Position numbers and translations under genes: made by a program | The notes under the pieces: model-generated | Database searches by the model: none | What the model was told of the DNA's origin: nothing | Seen by the model: the letters and a program-made list of their open reading frames with translations, nothing else | Shown here: piece after piece, positions 11,471-22,860 of the stretch | How the letters are laid out: each line of letters begins with the position of its first letter | Position numbering within the stretch: position 1 is the first letter of the stretch | Origin: Malacoraja senta | Taxonomy: Eukaryota | Assembly: GCA_038087875.1 (NCBI GenBank) | Contig: CM076002.1 | Location: forward strand, 434,001-498,000 | Direction of reading: 5' to 3' | Length of the DNA stretch: 64,000 nucleotides

Positions 11471-13905
11471 TAGGAACACAAAGTTAGGCCAGATGAATGT
11501 GTGGCCAAAGGGATGGTGTCGGAGGGAGGGCTTTGGATGTTGGGACATAGACATTTCTGGAGTGGATGCAGCCTATACAAGCAGGTCAGTTTGCACCTGA
11601 ATGGGGCAAGGTCCAATATCCTTGCTGGCAGTTTTACTCCTATTGTTGGGAGGGTTTGAAACTAGTTTGGTCGGGGGAAATGGGACTTAGACTAGATGTG
11701 TGATTGGGGGGTAAGTTTCAGTCAAATGTAATAATAATAATAATAGATTTTATTTATATAGCGCTTTTCAGGACTCAAAGTCGCTTTACAATTGAGAGTC
11801 AGGAATAAACAAAACAAAAGAGAGCAGTAAGACAGAGGGGGGGGGGAACATGGGACTAAGGGTATGCAGAGGTGAAGAGATGGGTCTTGAGGCGGGACTG
11901 GAAGATGGTGAGGGACTCAGAATTTCGGACCGGTTGTGGGAGGGAATTCCAGAGCCTGGGAGCTGCCCTGGAGAAGGCTCTGCCTCCAAAAGTGCAGAGG
12001 TTTGATTTCGGAGTGGAGAGGAGACCAGCTGATGTGGATCTGAGGGACCGTGAGGGTTGGTAGGGGGAGAGGAGGTCAATGAGATAAGGGGGGGGCCAGG
12101 TTGTTGAGGGCTTTGTAGGTGAGGACCAGGATTTTGTAGGTGATCCGGTGGGAAATGGGAAGCCAGTGAAGTTCTTTGAGAACTGGGGTGATGTGGTGCC
12201 AGGATTTGGTGTGGGTAATGAGTCAAGCGGCTGCATTTTGGACCAGTTGGAGTCGGTTGATGCTGCTGGAATTGATTCCGAAAAGAAGAGAGTTACAGTA
12301 GTCCAGTCGGGAGGAGATGAAGGCATGGATGAGTCTTTCAGCAGCGGGGGGTGTGAGAGACGATCTGATTTTTGCAATGTTGCGGAGGTGAAAAAATGAT
12401 GTTTTGACAACATGGCGGATGTGAGGCTCAAGGGAGAGGGTTGAGTCAAGGATCACGCCAAGGTTGCGTGCCTGAGGAGATGGGGAGACAGTGGTGCCGT
12501 CGATAGTGAGAGTGGGGTTGTTAATTTTAGTGAGTGTTGATTTGGAGCCAATGAGGAGAAATTCTGTTTTGCTACTGTTTAATTTAAGGAAGTTGAGTTG
12601 CATCCAAGATTTGATGGCTGATAGGCAGGAGTTGATATGGGAGAGAGGGGGGTGGTGGGGGGACTTGGTGCTGAGATAGATCTGGGTGTCATCAGCATAG
12701 CAGTGGAAGTCCAGGTTGAAGTGACGGAGTATATGACCAAGGGGGAGGATGTAGATGATGAAGAGGAGGGGACCAAGAACGGAGCCTTGGGGAACACCTT
12801 GAGTGACAGTGGCTGTGGCAGAGGTGTGGTTATGGAGAGAGATGAAGTGGGATCGGTTGGAAAGGTAAGAACGGAACCAGCTGAGTGCAGAACCTTCAAT
12901 GCCAAGGTCCCTAAGTCTGGTGAGCAGGATGTTGTGGTTGACGGTATCGAAGGCTGCACTCAGGTCGAGGAGGATGAGGATATTGAGGGAGCCAGAGTCA
13001 GCAGAGGTAAGGAGGTCATTGAGGACTTTGAGGAGAGCAGTTTCTGTGCTATGGAGGGGGCGAAAGCCAGATTGGAGGGGTTCGAATAGGTGGTACGCGA
13101 GGAGGTGGGAATGAAGTTGTGACGCGACGATGCGCTCCAGGGTTTTTGAAAGAAAGGGGAGGTTTGAGATGGGGCGGTAGTTAATGAGAGAGGAGGGATC
13201 AAGACCAGGTTTCTTTAAGATTGGCGTGACAGCAGCAGTTTTGAAAGCAGAGGGGACAATTCCTTGGGACAATGAGGAGTTGAAAAGATTAGTGAGGTAG
13301 GGGCAGAGAGCAGGTCAGTCATTTGGTAGAACAGACATGGAAATTATGTTGTACATGGTAGCATGAGAAGGTCAAATTGCATCTATTTTGTTGTAAGCAG
13401 ATGAACTTAGCGCTGATCAGCATGAAGGTATATGGTATTTTTGCAATCAATGTTAAAAGGTACAGAAGTTCCAGCCATGACAAGGGCAGTGTAAAAGAGG
13501 AGAGAGCATTGCATTATTTGTGAAGGACATCATCATTGCACTAATGAGGGAGGATGATTTAGCAGGCACTTCAAATGCAACAATATGGGTAGAGGTTAAA
13601 AAAGGAGGCGATTACATTCCTGAATAATTTGGAAATATCATGGCAAATTGCAGAGATAAATTGTATTGGACTAATAGGGTATCTGAATTTCCCCAGTATT
13701 AAGTGGGATCATCTTTATGAGATAGGATTACAGAGGGTAGAGTTTTTAAAGTGAATCTTTTTGTGCCAGAAGATAGATAGTCCACCTATGGATGGGGCTG
13801 TCCATGCTGGGCGTAGTCCTATGGAATGGTCAGATAAATGGGTGAAGTGTCAGTTGGTGACCACTTCGGCATTAGTGGCCGTATCTCAGTAAGTTTCTGT
13901 TTGGG
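11420..13905 (+). mobile_element. Very old CR1 (ORF1 esterase to endonuclease), split by an L2 insertion
   Basis: IVISALLLV..GWCRREGF (11420-11727); degraded endonuclease-like sequence at 13320-13905. Confidence 0.6.
11729..13315 (-). mobile_element. 5'-truncated L2-clade LINE
   Basis: ORF 12223-13272: YRPISNLPFLSK, LLDLSAAFDTVNH, YADDTQIY, SRLDYCN; C-terminus APRLWNSLP..FQSRLKTHLF; 3' end taaagcgactttgag..aaagcgctatataaataaa plus (TTA)n. Confidence 0.93.
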
Positions 13906-13911
13906 TTTAAA

Positions 13912-14887
13912 CCTCAGCAGCATCAGTTTGATCACACAATCCCTCCCAACATGGCTGCTCCCACTCTACCTGGCCCTCCTTCTATACCTCCGTCGTGGCA
14001 ATCCCACAGCTGCTGCCGGTCTCCATCCCCTCTCTTGGCCTTACCTCTCACGAGAGTTGTGTCTATGGCTCCGATCACACGATCTCACCGCTCACGCTCT
14101 GCCAGAAATAACATTGGAAGGTGAGTGAACTGAACACCAGAGACAGCACTGACTAAGTGTAACACAGACCAATAGACAGCAAAACGCACAGTGACTGATT
14201 ACCAGCTCCTTCCTTCAGTGTCCCGGACAGGTGAGTGGCTGCTTCAGGTTGTCAGTGTGACTTTTACCCAGATTGAGCCTTGTGTTATTGAGAGCTTCAG
14301 TGTTTTCAGTTTCACCACAACCACATCCTTGGCTTTTCACAGAAACCATGTGACTGTCTGTACGGGTTTTTAGATTTGTGTAACACGAAGAGGCCGGGGA
14401 TTAGTTTCATGATCATTGGAGGCTGAAGGGTGACTTTACAGAAGTTAATAAAACCATGAGAGACAAAGATAAGGTGGATGGTCACAGTCTTTTCCCTGGT
14501 GTTGGAGAGTTTAAAAATAGAGGGCACAGGGTTTAAGTTAAGAGGGGCAAGATTTAAAGGGGCAACATTTTCACACAGCTTTTCAATATTTCAATATCTA
14601 TGCAGCATTGATACAGGCCCTTCAAGCCAGTGCCTGGTCCATATCTCTCCAAACTTTCCTATCAATGTTCCTGTCTAAATATCATTAAACAGTGTTATTT
14701 TACCTGCCTCTACTAGCTTCTCTGACATGGAAAATTACAATGTTTGAAAATATTTGGACAGTTAAATAGATAGGAAATGTTTGGAGGGACAGGGACCAAG
14801 TTACTAACTCAGTAACTTGGCCAGCATTGACGAGATGGGCTGAAGGGCTAGATTTGATGATGGTTACCTCTATGATTCTAACAGTCA
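13912..14887. repeat. Block A of a local segmental duplication (paralog 44595-46084)
   Basis: Colinear from acctcagcagcatca to ctctatgattctaacagtca in both copies; the first 450 bp or so are not recognisable TE. Confidence 0.9.
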
Positions 14888-16055
14888 ATAAACAATAGAC
14901 AATAGGTGCAGGAGTAGGCCATTTGGCCCTTCGAGCCAGCACCACCATTCACTGTGATCATGGCTGATCATCCCCAATCAATACCCGTTTCCTGCCTTCA
15001 CCCCATATCCCTTGACTCCGCTTTCTTAAAGAGCTCTATCCAACTCTCTCTTGAAAGCATCCAGTGAATTGGCCTCCACTGCCTTCTGAGGCAGAGAATT
15101 CCACAGATTCACTACTGGGTGAAAATGTTTTTCCTTATTTCCGTTCTAAATAGCCTACCCCATATTCTTAAACTGTGGCCCCTGGTTCTGGACTCTCCCC
15201 GACATTGGGAACATGTTTTCTGCCTCTAGTGCATCCAATCTCTTAATAATCGTATACGTTTCAATAAGATCCGCTCTCTTCCTTCTAAATTCCACTGTAT
15301 GCAAGCCCAGTCGCTCCATTCATTCAACATATGACAGTCCCACCATCCCAGGAATTAATCTCGTGAACCTATGCTGCACTCCCTCAAGAGCAAGAGTGTT
15401 TTTCCTCATATTTGGAGACCAAAACAGCACACAATATGCCAAGTGTGGTCTCACTAGGGCCCTGTACAACTGTAGAAGGACCTCTTTGCTCCAATACCGA
15501 ACTCCTCATGCTATAAAGGCCAACATGTCATTCGCTTTCTTCACTGCCTGCTGTACCTGCATGCTTACTTTCATTGACTGATGAACAAGGACCCCCAGAT
15601 CCCGTTGTACTTCCCCTTTTCCCAACTTGACACCATTTAGATAGTAATCTGCCTTCCTGTTTTTTCTAACAAAATCCCTACTCTTTACTTCCTGTCTGTC
15701 AACCAATTTTCTATCCATGTTAGTACCCTAACCCAATACCATGTGCTCTAGTTTTGCCCACTAACCTCCTATGTGGGACCTTATCAAAGGCTTTCTGAAA
15801 GACCAGGTACACTACATCCACTGGCTCTCCCTCGTTAATTTCCCTAGTTACATCCTCAAAAAATTCCAGAAGATTAATCAAGCATAAGGTCCCCTTTGTA
15901 AATCCATGTTGACTCAGACCGATCTTGTTACTACTGTCCAAATGTGCGGCTATTTCATCTTTTATAATTGACTCCAGCATCTTCCCCACCACCGATGTCA
16001 GGCTAACTGGTCTATAATTCCCTGTTTTCTTTCTCCCTCATTTCTTAAAAAGTGG

Positions 16056-16738
16056 AAGGTAGACAAAATTGCTGGAGAAACTCAGCAGGTGAGGCAGCAT
16101 CTGTGGAGCGAAGGAATAGGTGATGTTTCGGGTCGAGACCGTTCTTCAGGCTGATGTGGGTGGGGGGGCGTGAAGAAGAAAGGAAGAGATGAAGACAGTA
16201 GGCTGTGGGAGAGCTGGGGAGGTGACGGGAAGGAGGGAGAAAGCAAGGATTACCTGAAATTGGAGGAGTCAATGTTCATACCGTTGGAGTGTAAACTGCC
16301 CAAGCGAAATATGAGATGCTGTTCCTCCAATTTTCAGTGGGACTAACTCTGGCCATGGAGGAAGTCCAGGACAGAATGGTCAGATTCAGAATGGGAGGGG
16401 GAGTTGAAGTGCTGGGCCACCGGGAGATCAGATTGGTTAATGCGAACCGAGCAGAGGTGTTGGGCGAAGCGATCGCCAAGCCTGCGCTTGCTCTCACCGA
16501 TGTAGAGCAGTTGACACCTAGAGCAGTGACCAACCTGATCTCCCAGTGGACCAGCACTTCAACTCCCCCTCCCATTCCGAAACCGACCTTTTTGACCTGG
16601 GCCTCCTCCATTCTGATGAAGGGTCTCGTCCCGAAACGTCACCTATTCCTTCGCTCCATAGATGCTGCCTCACCGCTGAGTTTCTCCACCATTTTTGTCT
16701 ACATTTGATTTTTCCAGCATCTGCAGTTCTTTTTTAAA
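16056..16738. mobile_element. Penelope-like element (GIY-YIG endonuclease C-terminus) with inverted terminal arrangement
   Basis: Minus strand CSRCQLLYIGESKRRLGDRFAQHL..PVAQHFNSPSH..KLEEQHLIFRLGSL..GMN; 16528-16738 is an inverted partial copy; 17-bp TSD CATTTCTTAAAAAGTGG at 16039-16055 and 16739-16755. Confidence 0.9.
16613..16643 (+). ncRNA. Minimal hammerhead ribozyme core associated with the Penelope-like element
   Basis: CTGATGA-A-GGG(tctcgt)CCC-GAAA-CGTC: catalytic boxes, short stem II, palindromic ACGT stem III and a GUC triplet; stem I is weak. Confidence 0.6.
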
Positions 16739-17199
16739 CATTTCTTAAAAAGTGGGATAACATTAGCTAAATAGTGGGGGGGAGGGATTAACAAATTGGC
16801 AGTATAAAGATGGAGTTGAAGGGAAAGTGAGTACAGGAAAAACTACAAAAGAGGTCAAAGTGCTGTATATGAATGTGAAAAGTATAAGAAATAAAGTGGA
16901 CGAGCTTGAGGCTCAGTTAGAAATTGGCAAGTATGATGTTTTGGGAATTACAGAGACATGGCTGCAAGAGGACCAGGGCTGGGAACTGAATATCCGAGGG
17001 TGTACCTCCTATCGAATAGACAGACAGATGGGCAGAGGGGGTGGGGTAGCTCTGTTGGTGAGGAATGAAATTCAGTCCCATGCAAGGAGTGACATTGAAA
17101 CAGGAGATGTGGAGTCAGTATGGATAGAACTAAGGAATTGTAAGGGTAAAAAGACCCTAATGGGACTTATCTGCAGGCCCCCAAACAGTAGCCTGGACA

Positions 17200-17622
17200 T
17201 ACATAGATACATAGATACATAGAAAATAGGTGCAGGAGTAGGCCATTCGGCCCTTCGAGCCTGCACCGCCATTCAATATGATCATGGCTGATCATCCAAC
17301 TCAGTATTCCGTACCTGCCTTCTCTCCATACCCCCTGATCCCTTTAGCCACAAGGGCCACATCTAACTCCCTCTTAAATATAGCCAATGAACTGGCCTCA
17401 ACTACCCTCTGTGGCAGAGAATTCCAGAGATTCACCACTCTCTGTGTGAAAAAGTTTTTCCTCATCTGGGCCTTAAAGGATTTCCCCCTTATCCTTAAGC
17501 TGTGACCCCTTGTCCTGGACTTCCCCAACATCGGGAACAATCTTCCTGCATCTAGCCTGTCCAATCCCACAAGAATTTTGTACGTTTCTATAAGATCCCC
17601 TCTCAATCTCCTAAATTCTAGC
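17200..17622 (-). mobile_element. Short CR1 3'-end insertion
   Basis: ORF 17301-17606 RGDLIETYK...VVNLWNSLP; (CTATGTAT)n tail. Confidence 0.9.
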
Positions 17623-18741
17623 GATGCAAATTGAATCAGGAGTTAAAATTGGCATGTAGCAAAAGTAATGCTGTGGTTGTTATGGAAGATTTCAACATGC
17701 AGGTAGACTGGGAAAATCAGGTTGGTACTGGACCCCAAGAAAGGGACTTTGTAGAGTTCCTTCGTGATGGATTCTTAGAGCAGCTTGTATTGGAGCCTAC
17801 CAGGGAGAAGGCAATTCTGGATTTAGTGTTATGTAATGAACCGGATTTGATAAAGGAACTTGAGGTTAATGAGCCATTAGGAGGTAGTGACCATAACATG
17901 GTCAGGCTTAATCTACAATTGGAGAAGGAGAAGGGTTGATCGTAGGTGTCAGTTTTACAGTTGAATAAAGGGGACTATGGGGCCATGAGGGAGGAGCTGG
18001 CCAAAGTTGACTGGAAAGATACCCTAGCAGGGATGACAGTGGAACAACAATGGCAGGTATTTCTAGGAATAATACAGAAGGTGCAGGATCAGTTCAATCC
18101 TAGGAGGAAGAAAGATTCCAAGGCGAGTAAGGGGCGACCATGGCTGACAAGGGACGTCAGGGATAGTATAAAGATAAAAGAAAAGAAGTACAATGTAGCA
18201 AAGATGGGGAGTCAGATCCCTGCTGATTGGGAGTCAGATCCCTGCTGATTTCTTCCAGCACTTTGTATTGTATCCTGGGTAAGGGGGGAGTATGAGGGCC
18301 AGGGCAGTTTACTGTTCTGGATGTCAGATGTGGGAAGTCATGGAGTCTCATAGCCTTCCAGACGTCCACATCTGTGCCAGGTGTGTCGCGATGGGGTTCC
18401 TAAGGGACTGTATTAGAAACCTGGAGCAGCAGCTCGATGACCTCTGTCTGGTCAGGGAGAGTGAGGAGGTCATAGAGAGGTGGTCACTCCAAGACCACGG
18501 GAGGCAGACAAGTGGGTCACGGTTTGGAGGGTCAAGGGGCAGAGGCAGGGACTAGAGAGTACCCCGGTGGCTGTACACCTTGGCAATAAGTACTCCTGTT
18601 TGAGTACTGTTGGGGGGAACAGCCTATCTGGGGGTAGCGACAGCGGCCGGGCCTCCGGCACAGAGACCGGCCCTGTTGCTCAGAAGGGTAGGGAAAGAAG
18701 AGGAGGGCAATAGTAATAGGGGACTCTATAGTTAGGGGGTC

Positions 18742-19579
18742 AGATAGGCGATTCTGTGGATGCAATCAGGAGACACGGATGGTAGTTTGCCTCCCTGGTG
18801 CCAGGGTCTGGGATGTGTCTGAACGTGTCCAAGATATCCTGAAATGGGAGGGAGCGGAGCCAGAGGTCGTGGTACATATAGGTACCAATGACATAGGTAG
18901 AAAAAAAGAAGAGGTCCTGAAAGGAGAATTTAGGGAGTTAGGAAGAGAGTTAAGGAGAAGGACCGCAAAAGTAACAATCTCAGGATTATTGCCTGTGCCA
19001 CGTGACAGTGAGAGTAGGAATGGAATGAGGTGGAGGATAAATGCGTGGCTGAAGGACTGGTGCAGAAGGCATGGATTCAAGTTTCTGGATCATTGGGACC
19101 TCATTTGGGGAAGGTGTGACCTGTACAAAAAGGACGGGTTGCACTTGAACCTGAGGGGGACAAATATCCTGGCGGGGAGATTTGCAAAGGCTACTGGGGA
19201 GACTTTAAACTAGAACGGTTGGGGGGAGGGACTCAAATAGAGAAAGCTAGTAGACAGTAGGCAGGAGGCAGAGAAGGGAAGCACTCAGACCCAACATGTA
19301 GGGGAGAAAGAAGAAAAAGATAATAAACAGAGAATAAGTGGTGGTGGGTTTCTTAAATGTGTATATTTTAATGCTAGGAGCATTGCAAGAAAGGTGGATG
19401 AGCTTAGAGCCTGGATTGACACCTGGAAGTATGGTGTTGTGGCGATTAGTGAAACATGGTTGCAGGATGGCTGTGATTGGAAACTAAATATTCAAGGATT
19501 TCGTTGCTTCAGGTGTGTTAGAATTGGAGGGGCAAGAGGTGGAGGTGTTGCATTACTTAATCAATTTAGTAGTTTTTCT
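18742..19579 (+). repeat. Approximately 840-bp direct repeat, copy 1 (copy 2 at 24941-25778)
   Basis: Both run agataggcgattctgtgga...aatcaatttagtagtttttct and share the same derived deletion junction in the endonuclease. Confidence 0.92.
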
Positions 19580-19580
19580 G

Positions 19581-22500
19581 GTTTTATTTATTTATTTATT
19601 TATTTATTCCGAACAAGTAAAGACATTAAAGACATTGATATTAACAAAATCGAAATTATCAAACAATTGAACATTGCAATCAACATTTACAAATGAGAAG
19701 AACAAAATCAAGGTTCCAATGTCCAACTCAGAGTCTGTACAAGCTCGAAAAGGAGTGAGAAGAAGAATAACTTATTAAATCTCACCCCTTTTCCCCAACA
19801 CTTCTATCGTATTTAAAAATCAATTCCTTACTAATAAAAGTACTGCCCTAGGCAATTTCCCATAATACCTACAGACACATATATACATATATACATACAA
19901 CTATTATGTACATACAATCTTCATATTTGAAGTACCCAACATCAGTGAACAATAGTAAACAAGATAAACATCAACAATAGTAACAAGATAAACATCAACG
20001 ATTGTAAACAAGATAAACATCAACCCCCACTTGTCAACCATCCCCTCCATCCCTGTACCCCTTGAGCATTATTTTTTTATATATCATTTTAAAATGATTC
20101 ATGTTTGTGCATTGCTTCAATTCCCCGTTCAATTTATTCCACACTCCTACTCCACAAACCGAAATACAAAAGGTTTTTCTAGTCGTACGGACTTTTTGTT
20201 TCTTAAAGTTAAATATTCCTCTTAAATTGTAACCCCCCACACGCTCGTGAAATAATTTTTGAATGTTTCCAGGTAAATTTTTATTTTTGGCCCTAAACAT
20301 TATCTGAGCTGTTTTGAATGTGACCAAATCTTCTAATTTTAATAATTTTGACTCTAAAAATAATGGATTCGTATGACCCAGATACTTAGCATTATGGACA
20401 ATACGAATTGCTCTTTTTTGCATCATGGTTAATGAGTGTATCGAATTTTTATAATTATTTCCCCAGACTTCTGTACAATAATTTAAGTAGGGTAAAATTA
20501 ATGTACAATAAAGAATACGGAGTGATTTGTAATCCAGAGCTTGCTTGGCTTTGTATAATACAGAGATACTTTTTGATAATTTTAATTTTACATGTTTAAT
20601 ATGTGATTTCCAGCTTATTTTATCGTCAATTATAACCCCAAGAAATTTATTTTCATGCACTCTTTCAACTTCCACCCCATTTATCTTTATACTTACTAGG
20701 GGACTTATTCTACAATTACCAAATAACATTATTTTAGTTTTACTCAGATTTAATGAAATTTTATTACTATCAAACCATATTTTCAATTTACCCATTTCTT
20801 TTATTATTTTATCCAATAGCCTTTTTAAATTTTCCCCAGAACAAAAAATATTTGTATCATCTGCAAACAAAACCCAGCCTCAAGACATTGGACACATTAC
20901 AAATATCATTTATGTACATGATAAATAATTTTGGGCCCAGCACTGACCCCTGTGGTACACCACACACAATGTCCAAACATGTAGAATTATGACTACCCAG
21001 ATTTACAAACTGTTGCCTGTTACTTAAGTAGCTTTTAATCCAGTCCAGTACTATTCCTCTAATTCCATACCTCTCCAATTTTTTAAATAAAATATCATGA
21101 TTAATTGTATCAAATGCTTTTTTTATGTCAATGAATATCCCAGCTGCATATAATTTCTTATCAATGGCGTTTGTGATGTCTTCAATTAATTCTAGTATTG
21201 CAAGTGATGTTGATCTATTTGTTCTGAATCCATATTGACTTTCTGTTAATAATTTATTATTTTCTACAAATTTGTCTAGTCTATTATTAAACATTTTTTC
21301 TAATATTTTGGAAAATTGTGGGAGTAAGGAAACAGGTCTATAGTTTGTAAAATGATGCTTGTTCCCTGTTTTGTATATTGGTATTATTTTTGCTATTTTC
21401 ATTTGAATTGGAAAAGTACCGGTCTGGAAGGATAAATTACAGATGAATGTTAAAGGTTTGGAGATCCCCTCAATGACCATCTTAACTAGCGACATGTCAA
21501 TGTCATTGAAATCGGTAGACTTTTTATTTTTACATGTTTTGACAATATCCAGCAGTTCTTTTTCTTCTACTGCCGTAAGAAACATAGAGCAGGGATTTCT
21601 TTCCACTAAATTGTCAGGAGTTTCTCCAGATGTCCCTGAATCAGGGATTTGTTTAGCCAGGTCTGGTCCAATATTAACAAAAAAATTATTAAAGCTATTA
21701 GCTATATCTTCCATATTGTAAATTTCCTTATCCTTATCAATAAAATACTTCGGGTAATTTGTTCTCCCCGGACCATTTCTGATAATGCTATTAAGTATGC
21801 TCCATATTCTTTTTATATTGTCTTTATTGTCATCTAATTTCTTCTTATAATAATCTTTCTTGCTTTCTCTTATGATATAAGTTAATTTATTTTTATACTT
21901 TTTATATTTATTTTCTGTATCTTTAGTTCTCTCTCTTATAAAATCTCTGTATAGGCCATTTTTTTTTACAAGCATTTTGTAATCCCTTTGTAATCCATGG
22001 ACATTTAGTATATTTTGATTTTCTATTATATTCTTTAATTGGACAATTTTTATCATATAATAACTTAAACATATCAATAAATGTTTCATAAGCACTATCA
22101 ATGTCTCTTTTTTGGTATATTATATCCCAGTTTTGTGCCAATAGATCCTTTTTTTAGTGCATTGATAGCTTCCTCCGATCTCACTCTTCTATATTCTATT
22201 AATCCGCTTGGTTTGTTGTTCCTGTGGACACCATCATAAACTACAAAAACTGGCAGATGGTCACTTATATCATTAATTAATAATCCACTTACTATTTTAT
22301 TTTCCAAATCATTGTTAAATATATTGTCAATGAGTGTAGCACAATGGGAAGTAATTCTACTCGGTCTAGTGATTTTAGGAAATAGACTCATGCTGTACAT
22401 AGTATTAATAAAATCTTCTGTAAGGTTGTGTTGATTAGGATTTAGTAGGTCAATATTGAAATCTCCACATAAAAACACTGATTTACTACCTGTTGTTGAA

Positions 22501-22860
22501 AACATACTCTCCATCCAGCCCCTGAAGATTTCAATACTTGACCCCGGTGCCCTATATATACAGCTAATGATTACATTTTTATTTCCACCATTACTTATTT
22601 CTATAGTTATACATTCATGCAGATTGTCAACCACAGTTGTCATATTATCTACTACCTTATAATTCAGAGTTGTATCCACATATAGTGCTACCCCTCCTCC
22701 CCCCTTATTTTTTCTATTGATGTAATTGAAGTCATATCCGTCCATCTCAAAATCAATTCCCTTTTCTTGATTAATCCATGTTTCAGATATTGCGATGACA
22801 TTGAATGGTTGTAAAAAATTTTGTAAATACTCTTTAATACTATTGAAATTCGCATAGACT
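19581..22860 (-). mobile_element. AT-rich Crack/Daphne-like (L2/CR1-group) LINE, ORF2 nearly complete
   Basis: IAISETW, GGGVALY, IYRAPG, GDFNIDL, TLIDNIF, SDHLP (endonuclease); YRPVSLLP, IDIKKAFDTINH, FADDTN, PYLNYCTEVWG (RT); (TAAA)n tail at about 19582-19607. Confidence 0.85.

Larger units (their letters stand above)
14888..16769 (-). mobile_element. CR1 3' half (RT and tail), interrupted by a Penelope-like element
   Basis: (CTATTGT)n tail at 14888-14903; ORFs 15720-15992 and 15506-15718; resumes at 16739-16769 after the TSD. Confidence 0.92.

Noticed and set aside
14187..14220. CACAGTG as a V(D)J recombination-signal heptamer (also at about 44868)
   Set aside because: No ACAAAAACC-like nonamer at 12 or 23 bp and no V, D or J coding segment nearby
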